DNA of 30,057 nt from Bacteroidota bacterium (GTDB taxonomy: Bacteria > Bacteroidota > Ignavibacteria > UBA10030 > UBA8401): assembly GCA_040753935.1 (NCBI GenBank), contig JBFMDF010000001.1, positions 1 through 30,057 on the forward strand, written 5' to 3'. The notes under the pieces are model-generated. The model saw only the letters and a program-made list of their open reading frames with translations. It searched no databases and was not told the origin of the DNA. Position 1 is the first letter of the stretch; each line of letters opens with the position of its first letter. Below, piece after piece: positions 19,115-30,057 of this stretch. The position numbers and the translations under genes were made by a program.

Positions 19115-19755
19115 CAGATGATTGTCGGATGGATTTTGAAAAGCAACAGGGGACCGCTCTTCAACGAAACAGAAACTTGTGCACTGCTCGCTTCGTTGCT
19201 CGATCCTTCGCGAACGCCCGGTTCAAGTGCCTCATGACGTAGTGGATATTTCAGTCCGCGGGTTACAATGCCGGTGCACCGTCCCATCGGCACCAACGAA
19301 ATTTGCTGACCGATAACGGCGGGAAATGTTATCCGTTGTTGAATCACTTCAACGGTGCATCGTTCGTCAAGAAATATCAATGACATTTTTCTGTGGTACT
19401 TCAACAGAATGCTGAAGTTTGCCATTGTATGATCAGGTCTGTCTCCTGTAGCGCCTATGACTGTAGCAGAAGAAAATTTGTTTGTCAGCAAATAGTTGAG
19501 CGCTTTTTCTAAGTCGGTGCTGTTCTGATCGGTCAAGTGAATAATCGGTACAGAAGAAAAGTACTTTCGTGTTTGCCGTGTAATTGAATCAAGATCGCCG
19601 ATGATCACGTGCGGCGTTATACCAAAAGCACGCGCTTTGTTGGCGCCGCCGTCTGCACAAATAATAAATGGTTTGTCTTTCAGCAACGGTGTAATTATTT
19701 TCTTCGACGGCATTTCACCGTTGCAAATAATGAGCGCATGTTTGGTTGGTTTCAT
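19114..19755 (-). CDS. thiN: Thiamine pyrophosphokinase
   Basis: LIICNG, ICADGGAN, IIGDLDS, DQNSTDLEKAL, GATGDRPDHTMAN, GLKYPL. Start moved from 19782 to the ATG at 19755 (MKPTKH). Confidence 0.95.
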   Translation of the reverse strand: MKPTKHALIICNGEMPSKKIITPLLKDKPFIICADGGANKARAFGITPHVIIGDLDSITRQTRKYFSSVPIIHLTDQNSTDLEKALNYLLTNKFSSATVIGATGDRPDHTMANFSILLKYHRKMSLIFLDERCTVEVIQQRITFPAVIGQQISLVPMGRCTGIVTRGLKYPLRHEALEPGVREGSSNEASSAQVSVSLKSGPLLLFKIHPTII

Positions 19756-19762
19756 AAGTACG

Positions 19763-19796
19763 AACCTTGCGAAGGTTGGCAAACCTTCGCAAGGTT
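19763..19796. repeat. Perfect 15-bp inverted repeat with self-palindromic arms (REP-like)
   Basis: AACCTTGCGAAGGTT-ggca-AACCTTCGCAAGGTT; each arm is AACCTT-N3-AAGGTT. Confidence 0.88.
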
Positions 19797-19802
19797 TTTA
19801 GT

Positions 19803-22130
19803 TTATAATTGCACCGTTAATCCCACAAGGTAATTTCTTTCTGCCGCCGGAAAGAACGCATCACCTTCACCACTTTGCAGGTACAGAGTGTTCAACACGT
19901 TGCGCACTTCAGCGCGTAACGAAATTTCTGCGTCGCCGAACTTTGGAAATGTGTAGAGCGACTCAACGTTCAGCACAGTATAAGCATCATTTTTGTTTTT
20001 TTCATTCTTAAAATTATCGGTGTAGAACGAACCGACATACTTGACCAGCAATGACGCCGTCAACCCCTCCTGTTCAAATGTCAATCGAAGATTACCGAGC
20101 AGATCGGGGAAACCAGCAATTGGATTGCCGTCCAGTTTTCTTCTGTACACAATACCGTTCGACACACTATCAACGGTCGAAAACTTTACAATGGTATTTG
20201 ATGATACTGCCGCATTTCCGCCGATCAGCAACACATCGGCAAGACGAAGTGAGCCGTCGATTTCCAATCCAATGTGTCGTGTGCGCGGCGCGTTGCCGTA
20301 CACCGGGTTGCCGAAAATATCCACCTGTCCGCTCTTTACCAATTCATTGGTAAATTCCATCCAATAGACATTGGCGTTGAAAATCAAATTGCTTGCCTTG
20401 TATCCGCTTCCTAATTCAAGGTTAATCAACTGCTCAGGTTTTGCAATCGGCTTGTTGAAATTATATTTTGTCACTCCACCTGTTGTATCCGCTTCAAATG
20501 CAGGCGTTGCGCCAAAGTACGCATCTTCTGCCGCGTAGAGATTTCGTAACCGCGGTTCACGCGAGGTGTACCCAAATGAGACGTACGCATTCCATTGTTC
20601 ATCGATGTTGTAGTTTACGCCAATACGGGGGTTGATGAAATGGTACGGCACACTGAATGAATTACCTAAGAATTTTTCGTTTCGAATTTGATACTCGTTG
20701 AACGCATACTGCACATTCGCCATCAACGTGGTTTGCTCATTGAATTTGTAATTCTCTGTAACATACAATGACGCCATGTGTTTAATTCCATCATACTGAT
20801 AAAAGCGATAATCCGGATCAAAATTTGTCGGCAATCCTTCGGCGTATTGAATTTTTCCCCAATGCGTTCCTTTGTGGTAGCGATATTCACCGCCGATTGT
20901 TACACTGCCGTTCTGATGCTGCAGTTCAATCCGCGGCAGCCACCCCCACTGCACTAAATCAACAGCACCACGAACAATGGCGTTGGCAATTTTCGGTGTC
21001 GGGTAAAATCCATGCGCACTATCCACCCGCAGTGTTGTTGCATCTGCCCATGATCCATCGTAATCAAACCAACCGTGACTGTCATAAAAGAATAACGTAT
21101 TGTTCAAGCGAATCTTATCGGTTACTTGCCAGTCGTTAATAATTTCATAATGCGGTTGGTTGAATCGTTCTGTTTCCTGCGGACGGCGTTGCACAGTGAA
21201 GCCATATGTTGTTCCGGTGGAATCATATTCCCAATACGATAAATTCATTCTACGAAGTTTTTTGTTGTCGTTGACAAACTTTGGCAAACCGGTGTACACG
21301 AGTTTGTCCTCCAGTGGTCCGCCAAACAAATGAATGCGGGTAATCATCTTCTCATCAAATCGCAGTGCACCAAAAAAGTACGATCCCATTTCCATTGCAG
21401 AATGAACTCGATATCCGTTCGACTGAATTTTACCAAGACGCCCATAGAACATGTACTTTTCACCGACCAAACCGGAATTGTACGACACGGCAAGTTTCTT
21501 CATTGTCATCGGTAGCGACTGCGAACTGTCGCCGTATTCCTGAAATCCGAACATCGATTCAAATTTCGTGTACGGTTTCGGTGTAAACGGATTGGTAATA
21601 ATATTGATAGAACCGCCAATAGCAGGCGGACCGTAAAACGCGCTTCCAGCGCCGCGTTGTATTTGCACACTCGATGCACTGGCAAGAATATCGGGAAAGT
21701 CAATCCAGTACACGTTGTGATCTTCCGGATCGTTTTGCGGCACTCCATTCACCATAATTGAGAGTCTTCGCTGATCGAAACCACGCAGAAAAATGAAATT
21801 GTAACCAATGCCGTTTCCTCCATCGGAGTATGAAATCATCGATGGTTGTTCGGCAAGCAGTACGGGAACATCCTGCAGTGAATACCGCTGCTGAAGCACT
21901 CCTTTGGAAATATTGGTAAATGTGACAGGGGTTTCGCGTTCAACGGCTGTTGTTCCTGTAACCAACACAGGATCGAGCCGATACCGCACACTGTCTTTCT
22001 CTGCTTGTTCCGTCGATGACGCATTCGTCTGTGCCACCGCAGAAATTGCAACGAAGCCAATAAGGGTAATGATCCGAAGCAATCGAAACATGGAGCTGGA
22101 GCAATGATGTATGTGAACTGTGTTTAGCAT
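19803..22130 (-). CDS. TonB-dependent receptor, by context a thiamine importer
   Basis: Signal peptide; TonB-box-like DPVLVTGT; plug motifs LRGFDQRR, VNGVPQND, IQRGAGSAFYG...IGGSINI; beta-barrel ending RNYLVGLTVQL; GAGGAGGAG SD before 22130 (alternative start 22091). Confidence 0.95.
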   Translation of the reverse strand: MLNTVHIHHCSSSMFRLLRIITLIGFVAISAVAQTNASSTEQAEKDSVRYRLDPVLVTGTTAVERETPVTFTNISKGVLQQRYSLQDVPVLLAEQPSMISYSDGGNGIGYNFIFLRGFDQRRLSIMVNGVPQNDPEDHNVYWIDFPDILASASSVQIQRGAGSAFYGPPAIGGSINIITNPFTPKPYTKFESMFGFQEYGDSSQSLPMTMKKLAVSYNSGLVGEKYMFYGRLGKIQSNGYRVHSAMEMGSYFFGALRFDEKMITRIHLFGGPLEDKLVYTGLPKFVNDNKKLRRMNLSYWEYDSTGTTYGFTVQRRPQETERFNQPHYEIINDWQVTDKIRLNNTLFFYDSHGWFDYDGSWADATTLRVDSAHGFYPTPKIANAIVRGAVDLVQWGWLPRIELQHQNGSVTIGGEYRYHKGTHWGKIQYAEGLPTNFDPDYRFYQYDGIKHMASLYVTENYKFNEQTTLMANVQYAFNEYQIRNEKFLGNSFSVPYHFINPRIGVNYNIDEQWNAYVSFGYTSREPRLRNLYAAEDAYFGATPAFEADTTGGVTKYNFNKPIAKPEQLINLELGSGYKASNLIFNANVYWMEFTNELVKSGQVDIFGNPVYGNAPRTRHIGLEIDGSLRLADVLLIGGNAAVSSNTIVKFSTVDSVSNGIVYRRKLDGNPIAGFPDLLGNLRLTFEQEGLTASLLVKYVGSFYTDNFKNEKNKNDAYTVLNVESLYTFPKFGDAEISLRAEVRNVLNTLYLQSGEGDAFFPAAERNYLVGLTVQL

Positions 22131-22171
22131 AGCTATCTCCTCCTCGTTCTCTCCGTCACTGAGAAAAACGG

Positions 22172-22213
22172 AAAAAAAAAGCCGTTACTGAGAACGACAG
22201 AATCAGTAACGGC
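22172..22213 (-). terminator. Intrinsic terminator of the riboswitch expression platform
   Basis: mRNA GCCGUUACUGA-11 nt-UCAGUAACGGC followed by nine U (plus-strand A run 22172-22180). Confidence 0.85.
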
Positions 22214-22232
22214 AAAAAAGTTTATTAGTCTG

Positions 22233-22355
22233 TCGTTTCCCTACGCTGGCATTATCCAGATCAGGTGGTTCATCCCGCCATTGGTTGGCGAGAATCAAGG
22301 GTATGTTCTCAGTTTCCCGTTCCGTTGTCGCAAACGGGATAACACCCCTAACGAT
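22233..22355 (-). ncRNA. TPP riboswitch (THI element) with an extra hairpin between P2 and P4
   Basis: Minus strand reads AGGGGTG...CTGAGAACATACCCTTGA[28-nt insert]ACCTGATCTGGATAATGCCAGCGTAGGGAA; P1 TCGTT/AACGA; P3 TCCCGTT/AACGGGA; upstream of thiamine genes. Confidence 0.96.
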
Positions 22356-22390
22356 GTATTGCTATGTTGTAAAAGAACGAGATGCTATGA

Positions 22391-22421
22391 CGAATATACT
22401 TCTATTTTTTTTCTAATACAA
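22391..22421 (-). promoter_or_regulatory. Candidate promoter of the riboswitch/thiamine operon
   Basis: TTG (22421-22419) - 20 nt - TATATTCG (22398-22391), about 35 nt upstream of the aptamer. Confidence 0.55.
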
Positions 22422-22427
22422 GTTCGG

Positions 22428-23141
22428 TTAATCTTTTGATCCGTCTTTGTTATTGTCTTTGTACACTTTTATTGAGGCCTTTAGATTTTCATCAATAACA
22501 CCTTCATTGTTCGGATCTTTCGGATTTACCAAATTACCAGATGATGTCTTAAACCAATTGGCAGAACTGATTACAATAGTCGCGTTGACTGCCGGAGAAG
22601 TATCAGACACCTCAATTGCGGGATCAAAATCAACTTTTTGTTTTGCATCCACTTTAGACCGATACGTAAAGGTATCGGGTGCAGCTCCGGTGTTATATAC
22701 AATTCCATTGATGATAATGCTGTATCGTTCACCCGCAAGAAACTCTGCAAACTGCAACGAGTCTGAAGCAGGAATTTCTGCTTTTTCGACTCGGTGAACA
22801 TCATATTCTATTTTGCTGTAGGAACCGAAAGGAACAGTAATTGATCCGACGTTTTGTACTGAACCATTCAGATTCAATTCCAATACCATTGGTGCTGTGC
22901 GAAAATTTGAGCTGTCCCCTTTTGGTGATTTGAATTTAATATCGCGCAACACAAACCGAGCCCGGGTAATTTTAATTGAATCAACGGCGGTTGATTGACC
23001 GATTTTCGCCAGCGCCGTAGTAGTATATTTCGACGCCATTGATAGTGTGCCGCTTGTTGGCTTTGAATCGGTCGAAGAATCGCACCCCCATACAAATACC
23101 CCCAATGTTAGCCCACACAAGATACATACCAAACGTTTCAT
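22428..23141 (-). CDS. Lipoprotein of unknown function (beta-rich, possibly DUF4382-like)
   Basis: MKRLVCILCGLTLGVFVWG-C lipobox; Ser/Thr linker; AAAGGAG SD. The DUF4382 resemblance (GSYSKIEYDVH) is tentative. Confidence 0.75.
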   Translation of the reverse strand: MKRLVCILCGLTLGVFVWGCDSSTDSKPTSGTLSMASKYTTTALAKIGQSTAVDSIKITRARFVLRDIKFKSPKGDSSNFRTAPMVLELNLNGSVQNVGSITVPFGSYSKIEYDVHRVEKAEIPASDSLQFAEFLAGERYSIIINGIVYNTGAAPDTFTYRSKVDAKQKVDFDPAIEVSDTSPAVNATIVISSANWFKTSSGNLVNPKDPNNEGVIDENLKASIKVYKDNNKDGSKD

Positions 23142-23304
23142 TGTTTCTCCTTTGAATTGTTATTGATTACACTTAATGGTAACTGATACATACTGAGATT
23201 GTTGTGAGAACTGTCACGGAGTGGTGGAAAAACAAATATTGTTTATTTTGTAGGAATGCTTTGAATCAGTCAAAGAAATGCCATCCCACACTATTCTCTT
23301 ATTC

Positions 23305-23326
23305 GGAACGTGTTTTCACACGTTCC
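23305..23326 (-). terminator. Hairpin 10 nt after the hutI stop (terminator or 3' stabiliser)
   Basis: Minus strand GGAACGTGT-GAAA-ACACGTTCC, perfect 9-bp stem and GNRA loop, but no U-tract. Confidence 0.5.
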
Positions 23327-23335
23327 TACATTTGT

Positions 23336-24574
23336 TCAAAACTCCAACACCACGCCATTCTTAATTACCTTCCACACATGATTCACACCGTAATGATACG
23401 GAATGTACCGATAATCCTGAACATCGTAGATAACGACATCGGCTTGTTTGCCGATTTCAATACTGCCGATTTCATCGGATAATCCGAGTGCCGCCGCGCC
23501 GTTGAGAGTTGCAGCGGTAATCGCTTCTTCGGGTGTCATCTTCATCTGCGTGCAGGCAAGTGTCAACATCATCTGCATGGAATAACACATTTGCGTGCCC
23601 GGGTTGAAGTCGGTAGCAATAGCGAGGGGAATCCCTGCATCAATAATTTTTCTTGCCGGTGCGTACGGATGATTGAGAAACAGTGAACAACCGGGTAACA
23701 CCGTTGCAATGGTATTGGAATTTTTTAACGCCGCTATACCTTCGTCGTTTGTTTTTTCAAGATGGTCAACGGATATAGCGTTGTGCTTTGCGCCAAGCTC
23801 CACTGCACCAAAAGCATTCAGTTGATCTGCATGCAGTTTTGGAATTAATCCGAGTCGTTTTGCTTCGAGAATAATTTGTTCGGTAACGTGCAGATCAAAG
23901 TATCCCTTCTCACAAAAGACATCTACAAATGTCGCCAGTTTCTTTTCGGCAATGTACGGCATCATGTAATCGCAGATGCGATCGACATACCCTTGCTTGT
24001 TGTCTTTAAATTCAGGCGGAAAAGCATGCGCTCCGAGAAATGTCGGCACGATGGTTACGTAGTGATCGCGCTTCAGGTCATGAATGACTTCGAGAATTTT
24101 TATTTCTGCTTCGGGTGAAAGTCCATAACCGCTTTTAATTTCCACGGTTGTAGTACCGTACCGCATCATATCGTTCAATCGTCGTTCTGCCAGATGATAT
24201 AATTCTTTTTTTGAAGCTTCACGAGTAGCACGTACGGTAGACAGTATTCCTCCCCCACCTTCCGCTATTTCTTGATACGATTTTCCCTCTGCCCGCAGTG
24301 CAAATTCATGTTCGCGACTGCCGGCAAATACCGTGTGCGTGTGCGAATCGACAAAGCCGGGAAGAACGGTACGGTTTCCCGCGTCAATACTATCATACTC
24401 CTCAGGCGCTGTAACTTCACCATTGTTACCAATCGTTACGACAATTCCATTTTCAATCAATAGCGAAGCGTTGGTCAACACTTCTACTGATCGCATCTCG
24501 CTGCCGCTTTTCACTCGTTTTCCGTGCGAGGCAACGGTCACGAGTTGTCCGATATTCTTAATAAGAAGATTCAT
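23336..24574 (-). CDS. hutI: Imidazolonepropionase
   Basis: PGFVDSHTH, GTTTVEIKSGYGL, TFLGAHA, DVFCE, KLHADQ, VDHLE, ATDFNPG. Confidence 0.97.
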   Translation of the reverse strand: MNLLIKNIGQLVTVASHGKRVKSGSEMRSVEVLTNASLLIENGIVVTIGNNGEVTAPEEYDSIDAGNRTVLPGFVDSHTHTVFAGSREHEFALRAEGKSYQEIAEGGGGILSTVRATREASKKELYHLAERRLNDMMRYGTTTVEIKSGYGLSPEAEIKILEVIHDLKRDHYVTIVPTFLGAHAFPPEFKDNKQGYVDRICDYMMPYIAEKKLATFVDVFCEKGYFDLHVTEQIILEAKRLGLIPKLHADQLNAFGAVELGAKHNAISVDHLEKTNDEGIAALKNSNTIATVLPGCSLFLNHPYAPARKIIDAGIPLAIATDFNPGTQMCYSMQMMLTLACTQMKMTPEEAITAATLNGAAALGLSDEIGSIEIGKQADVVIYDVQDYRYIPYHYGVNHVWKVIKNGVVLEF

Positions 24575-24782
24575 TTGTTGGTAAGAGTCTGTGTGTGTGA
24601 AGTTTTATCGGTCATATCTAAAAATCCTTTACATTCATAGAGTGGAAGTCGGGGATATTTCGGTAACGATGGATCGGTTTTTGATTTTTCACACAAGTGA
24701 AACTGCGATTTGCGATTGGAAGTAACAACGGTGTGGTACGCGCACCGAAGACATACTCCTATTTCTTTTTCTAACCGTGCCG

Positions 24783-24786
<4 letters not shown>
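24571..24786 (-). CDS. Small four-Cys putative metal-binding protein
   Basis: 71 aa: CLRC...FHLCEKSKTDPSLPKYPRLPLYECKGF; ATGA overlaps with both neighbours (24783-24786 and 24571-24574). Confidence 0.8.
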
Positions 24787-28193
<3,407 letters not shown>

Positions 28194-28257
28194 GGCTATT
28201 GGCAAAATGTTATAGTGATTATTTTTTACTGCTATTGTTTTTTTTGTCCGATCACCG

Positions 28258-29907
28258 TTACGTCAACATCGGAATGTTGATATTCCATTGTTTTGCATTG
28301 TCAATAGCGCGTTTATACCCTGCATCGGCGTGACGAATAATTCCCATCCCCGGATCGTACGTCAGTACACGTTCTAATCTGATATCGGCGTCATCGGTAC
28401 CATCGCAGACAATGACCATACCGTTATGAATAGAATTTCCGATACCGACTCCACCGCCGTGATGTACACTAACCCAACTTGCTCCGCCAACAGCATTCAG
28501 CATCGCTCCGAGAATGGGCCAATCGGCTATTGCGTCACTACCATCGTTCATTTTTTCCGTTTCACGATTGGGCGAGGCAACGCTTCCGCAATCCAAATGG
28601 TCTCGCCCAATAACAATCGGTGCTTTCACTTCTTTTTTCCTCACCAAATCGTTGAAAATTTTTCCCATCTTGGCGCGCTCGCCGTAACCAAGCCAGCAAA
28701 TACGCGCAGGTAAACCTTGAAAGGCAACATGCTTCTGTGCCTTTTCGATCCAGTTTTTTAAGAGTGAATTTTCAGGAAATGTTTCAATCACCGCACGGTC
28801 AGTCCGATAAATATCTTCTGGATCGCCGGAGAGCGCCACCCAGCGAAATGGACCTTTACCGTCGCAAAAGAGCGGCCGAATATATTCGGGAACAAAGCCG
28901 GGAATATCGAACGCTTTCTTCACGCCGTACGAAAACGCCTCGCCGCGGATGTTATTGCCGTAATCGAACACTACTTTCCCTTTTTTCTTCAGCAGTAACA
29001 ATCCTTTTACATGTTCTGCAATGGAGGCACGTGCAAGTTCAACATATTTTTTGGGATTCTTTTTTCGCAGTTCGAGCGCTTTTTCATAACTTACCCCTGC
29101 CGGCACATATCCATTAAGCGTATCGTGTGCTGATGTCTGATCGGTGACAATGTCTGGCAGAAATTTTCCACGAGCAATTTTCGGCACAATTTCTGCCGCA
29201 TTGCCGAGCAAACCGACGGAGAGTGGCGTTTTGTTTTCTTTCGCTGTACGAATCATTGTCATCGCTTCGTCAAAGTTGTCGGTCATCTTGTCAAGATATT
29301 TTGTGGCAAGACGCTTTTCAATACGGGTTCGATCAACTTCAACGACAAGACACGCGGCGCCGTTCATTGTAGCGGCGAGCGGCTGAGCGCCCCCCATGCC
29401 GCCGAGTCCGGCGGTAAGAAGAAATTTTCCGGCAAGCGAACCTCCGAAATGCTGACGGGCGGCTTCGGCAAATGTTTCGTATGTTCCCTGCAAAATCCCC
29501 TGCGTGCCGATATAAATCCAACTTCCAGCCGTCATTTGTCCGTACATCGTCAAGCCCAGCGCTTCAAGACGGCGAAATTCATCCCAGGTTGCCCATTTGG
29601 GAACAAGCATCGAATTGGAAATAAGAACACGCGGAGCGTTACGATGAGTTTTAAAGATACCGACAGGTTTTCCGGATTGGACAAGAAGTGTTTCGTCGTT
29701 TTCCAATTTTTTCAGCGCATCAACAATAGTATCGAAACATTTCCAGTTGCGCGCAGCTTTTCCTGTGCCGCCATACACAATCAGATCCTCCGGCTTCTCG
29801 GCAACTTCCGGGTCGAGATTGTTCATCAGCATCCGGAGCGCCGCTTCTTGTACCCATCCCTTAGCGGAAATGTTTGTTCCGCGCGGGGCGCGAATGATAC
29901 GAGGCAT
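28258..29907 (-). CDS. hutU: Urocanate hydratase
   Basis: [63 protein letters not shown]. Confidence 0.99.
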   Translation of the reverse strand: MPRIIRAPRGTNISAKGWVQEAALRMLMNNLDPEVAEKPEDLIVYGGTGKAARNWKCFDTIVDALKKLENDETLLVQSGKPVGIFKTHRNAPRVLISNSMLVPKWATWDEFRRLEALGLTMYGQMTAGSWIYIGTQGILQGTYETFAEAARQHFGGSLAGKFLLTAGLGGMGGAQPLAATMNGAACLVVEVDRTRIEKRLATKYLDKMTDNFDEAMTMIRTAKENKTPLSVGLLGNAAEIVPKIARGKFLPDIVTDQTSAHDTLNGYVPAGVSYEKALELRKKNPKKYVELARASIAEHVKGLLLLKKKGKVVFDYGNNIRGEAFSYGVKKAFDIPGFVPEYIRPLFCDGKGPFRWVALSGDPEDIYRTDRAVIETFPENSLLKNWIEKAQKHVAFQGLPARICWLGYGERAKMGKIFNDLVRKKEVKAPIVIGRDHLDCGSVASPNRETEKMNDGSDAIADWPILGAMLNAVGGASWVSVHHGGGVGIGNSIHNGMVIVCDGTDDADIRLERVLTYDPGMGIIRHADAGYKRAIDNAKQWNINIPMLT

Positions 29908-29937
29908 AGTTGCTCCACAATTTAATCACAAAGCAAA

Positions 29938-30014
29938 AAGTCCCTGCACTTATCCAAACACAATGTAACAACACTCAATGAATGTATTACGATAATCATA
30001 AGCGCGTGGGACTT
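29938..30014 (-). other. Long imperfect stem in the hutU 5' leader
   Basis: mRNA AAGUCCC-ac-GCGCUUAU ... AUAAGUGC-a-GGGACUU, enclosing an inner hairpin (29965-29990) and followed by UUUGCUUU. Confidence 0.5.
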
Positions 30015-30033
30015 CCTCTTAAGCGGTTACGAA

Positions 30034-30041
30034 CAAATATA
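30034..30041 (-). promoter_or_regulatory. -7 element of a candidate hutU promoter
   Basis: TATATTTG, an exact TAnnTTTG match; the -33 element would lie beyond the window end. Confidence 0.55.
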
Positions 30042-30057
30042 AACAAAAAAGGAGAAA

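Noticed and set aside
29961-29992. HutC operator or HutP binding site in the hutU leader
   Set aside because: TGTA half-sites lack the TGTA-N2-TACA geometry, no UAG repeats are present, and neither regulator gene is in the window.

Overview
A 30 kb, gene-dense window with no mobile elements, CRISPR arrays, rRNA or tRNA. It most likely comes from an Ignavibacteria-like member of the Bacteroidota/Chlorobi (FCB) group. This is an inference from the NYPNPFNPxT-type T9SS sorting domain and Bacteroidota-style TTG-N20-TAnnTT promoters. From left to right: (1) a leftward operon of exported proteins (small beta-barrel-like protein, T9SS-sorted 5'-nucleotidase-family enzyme, and a protein cut by the window edge and absent from the ORF track), divergent from a PDZ/multi-TM histidine kinase and OmpR-family regulator, with three 11-bp-phased GTCA repeats between them; (2) a leftward eno - phosphohexomutase - DUF4921 (GalT/HIT-like) run; (3) rightward VOC protein, K+/H+ antiporter, glycerate kinase, SPFH protein and PAS/GAF hybrid kinase; (4) a TPP-riboswitch-controlled thiamine salvage operon (TonB-dependent receptor, thiN, PnuC/PnuT), whose aptamer carries an extra 28-nt hairpin; (5) a lipoprotein; (6) a histidine-utilisation cluster in which a 1136-aa CHASE3-PAS-PAS hybrid kinase with Hpt and a 71-aa four-Cys protein lie between hutU and hutI, the kinase, Cys protein and hutI being joined by ATGA overlaps. 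The best leads are the kinase-embedded hut operon, the two-component system with its phased-repeat promoter and nucleotidase operon, DUF4921 as a sugar-nucleotide enzyme, the variant TPP aptamer, and REP-like nested palindromes at operon junctions. All family assignments rest on motif recognition by eye; no database searches were run.
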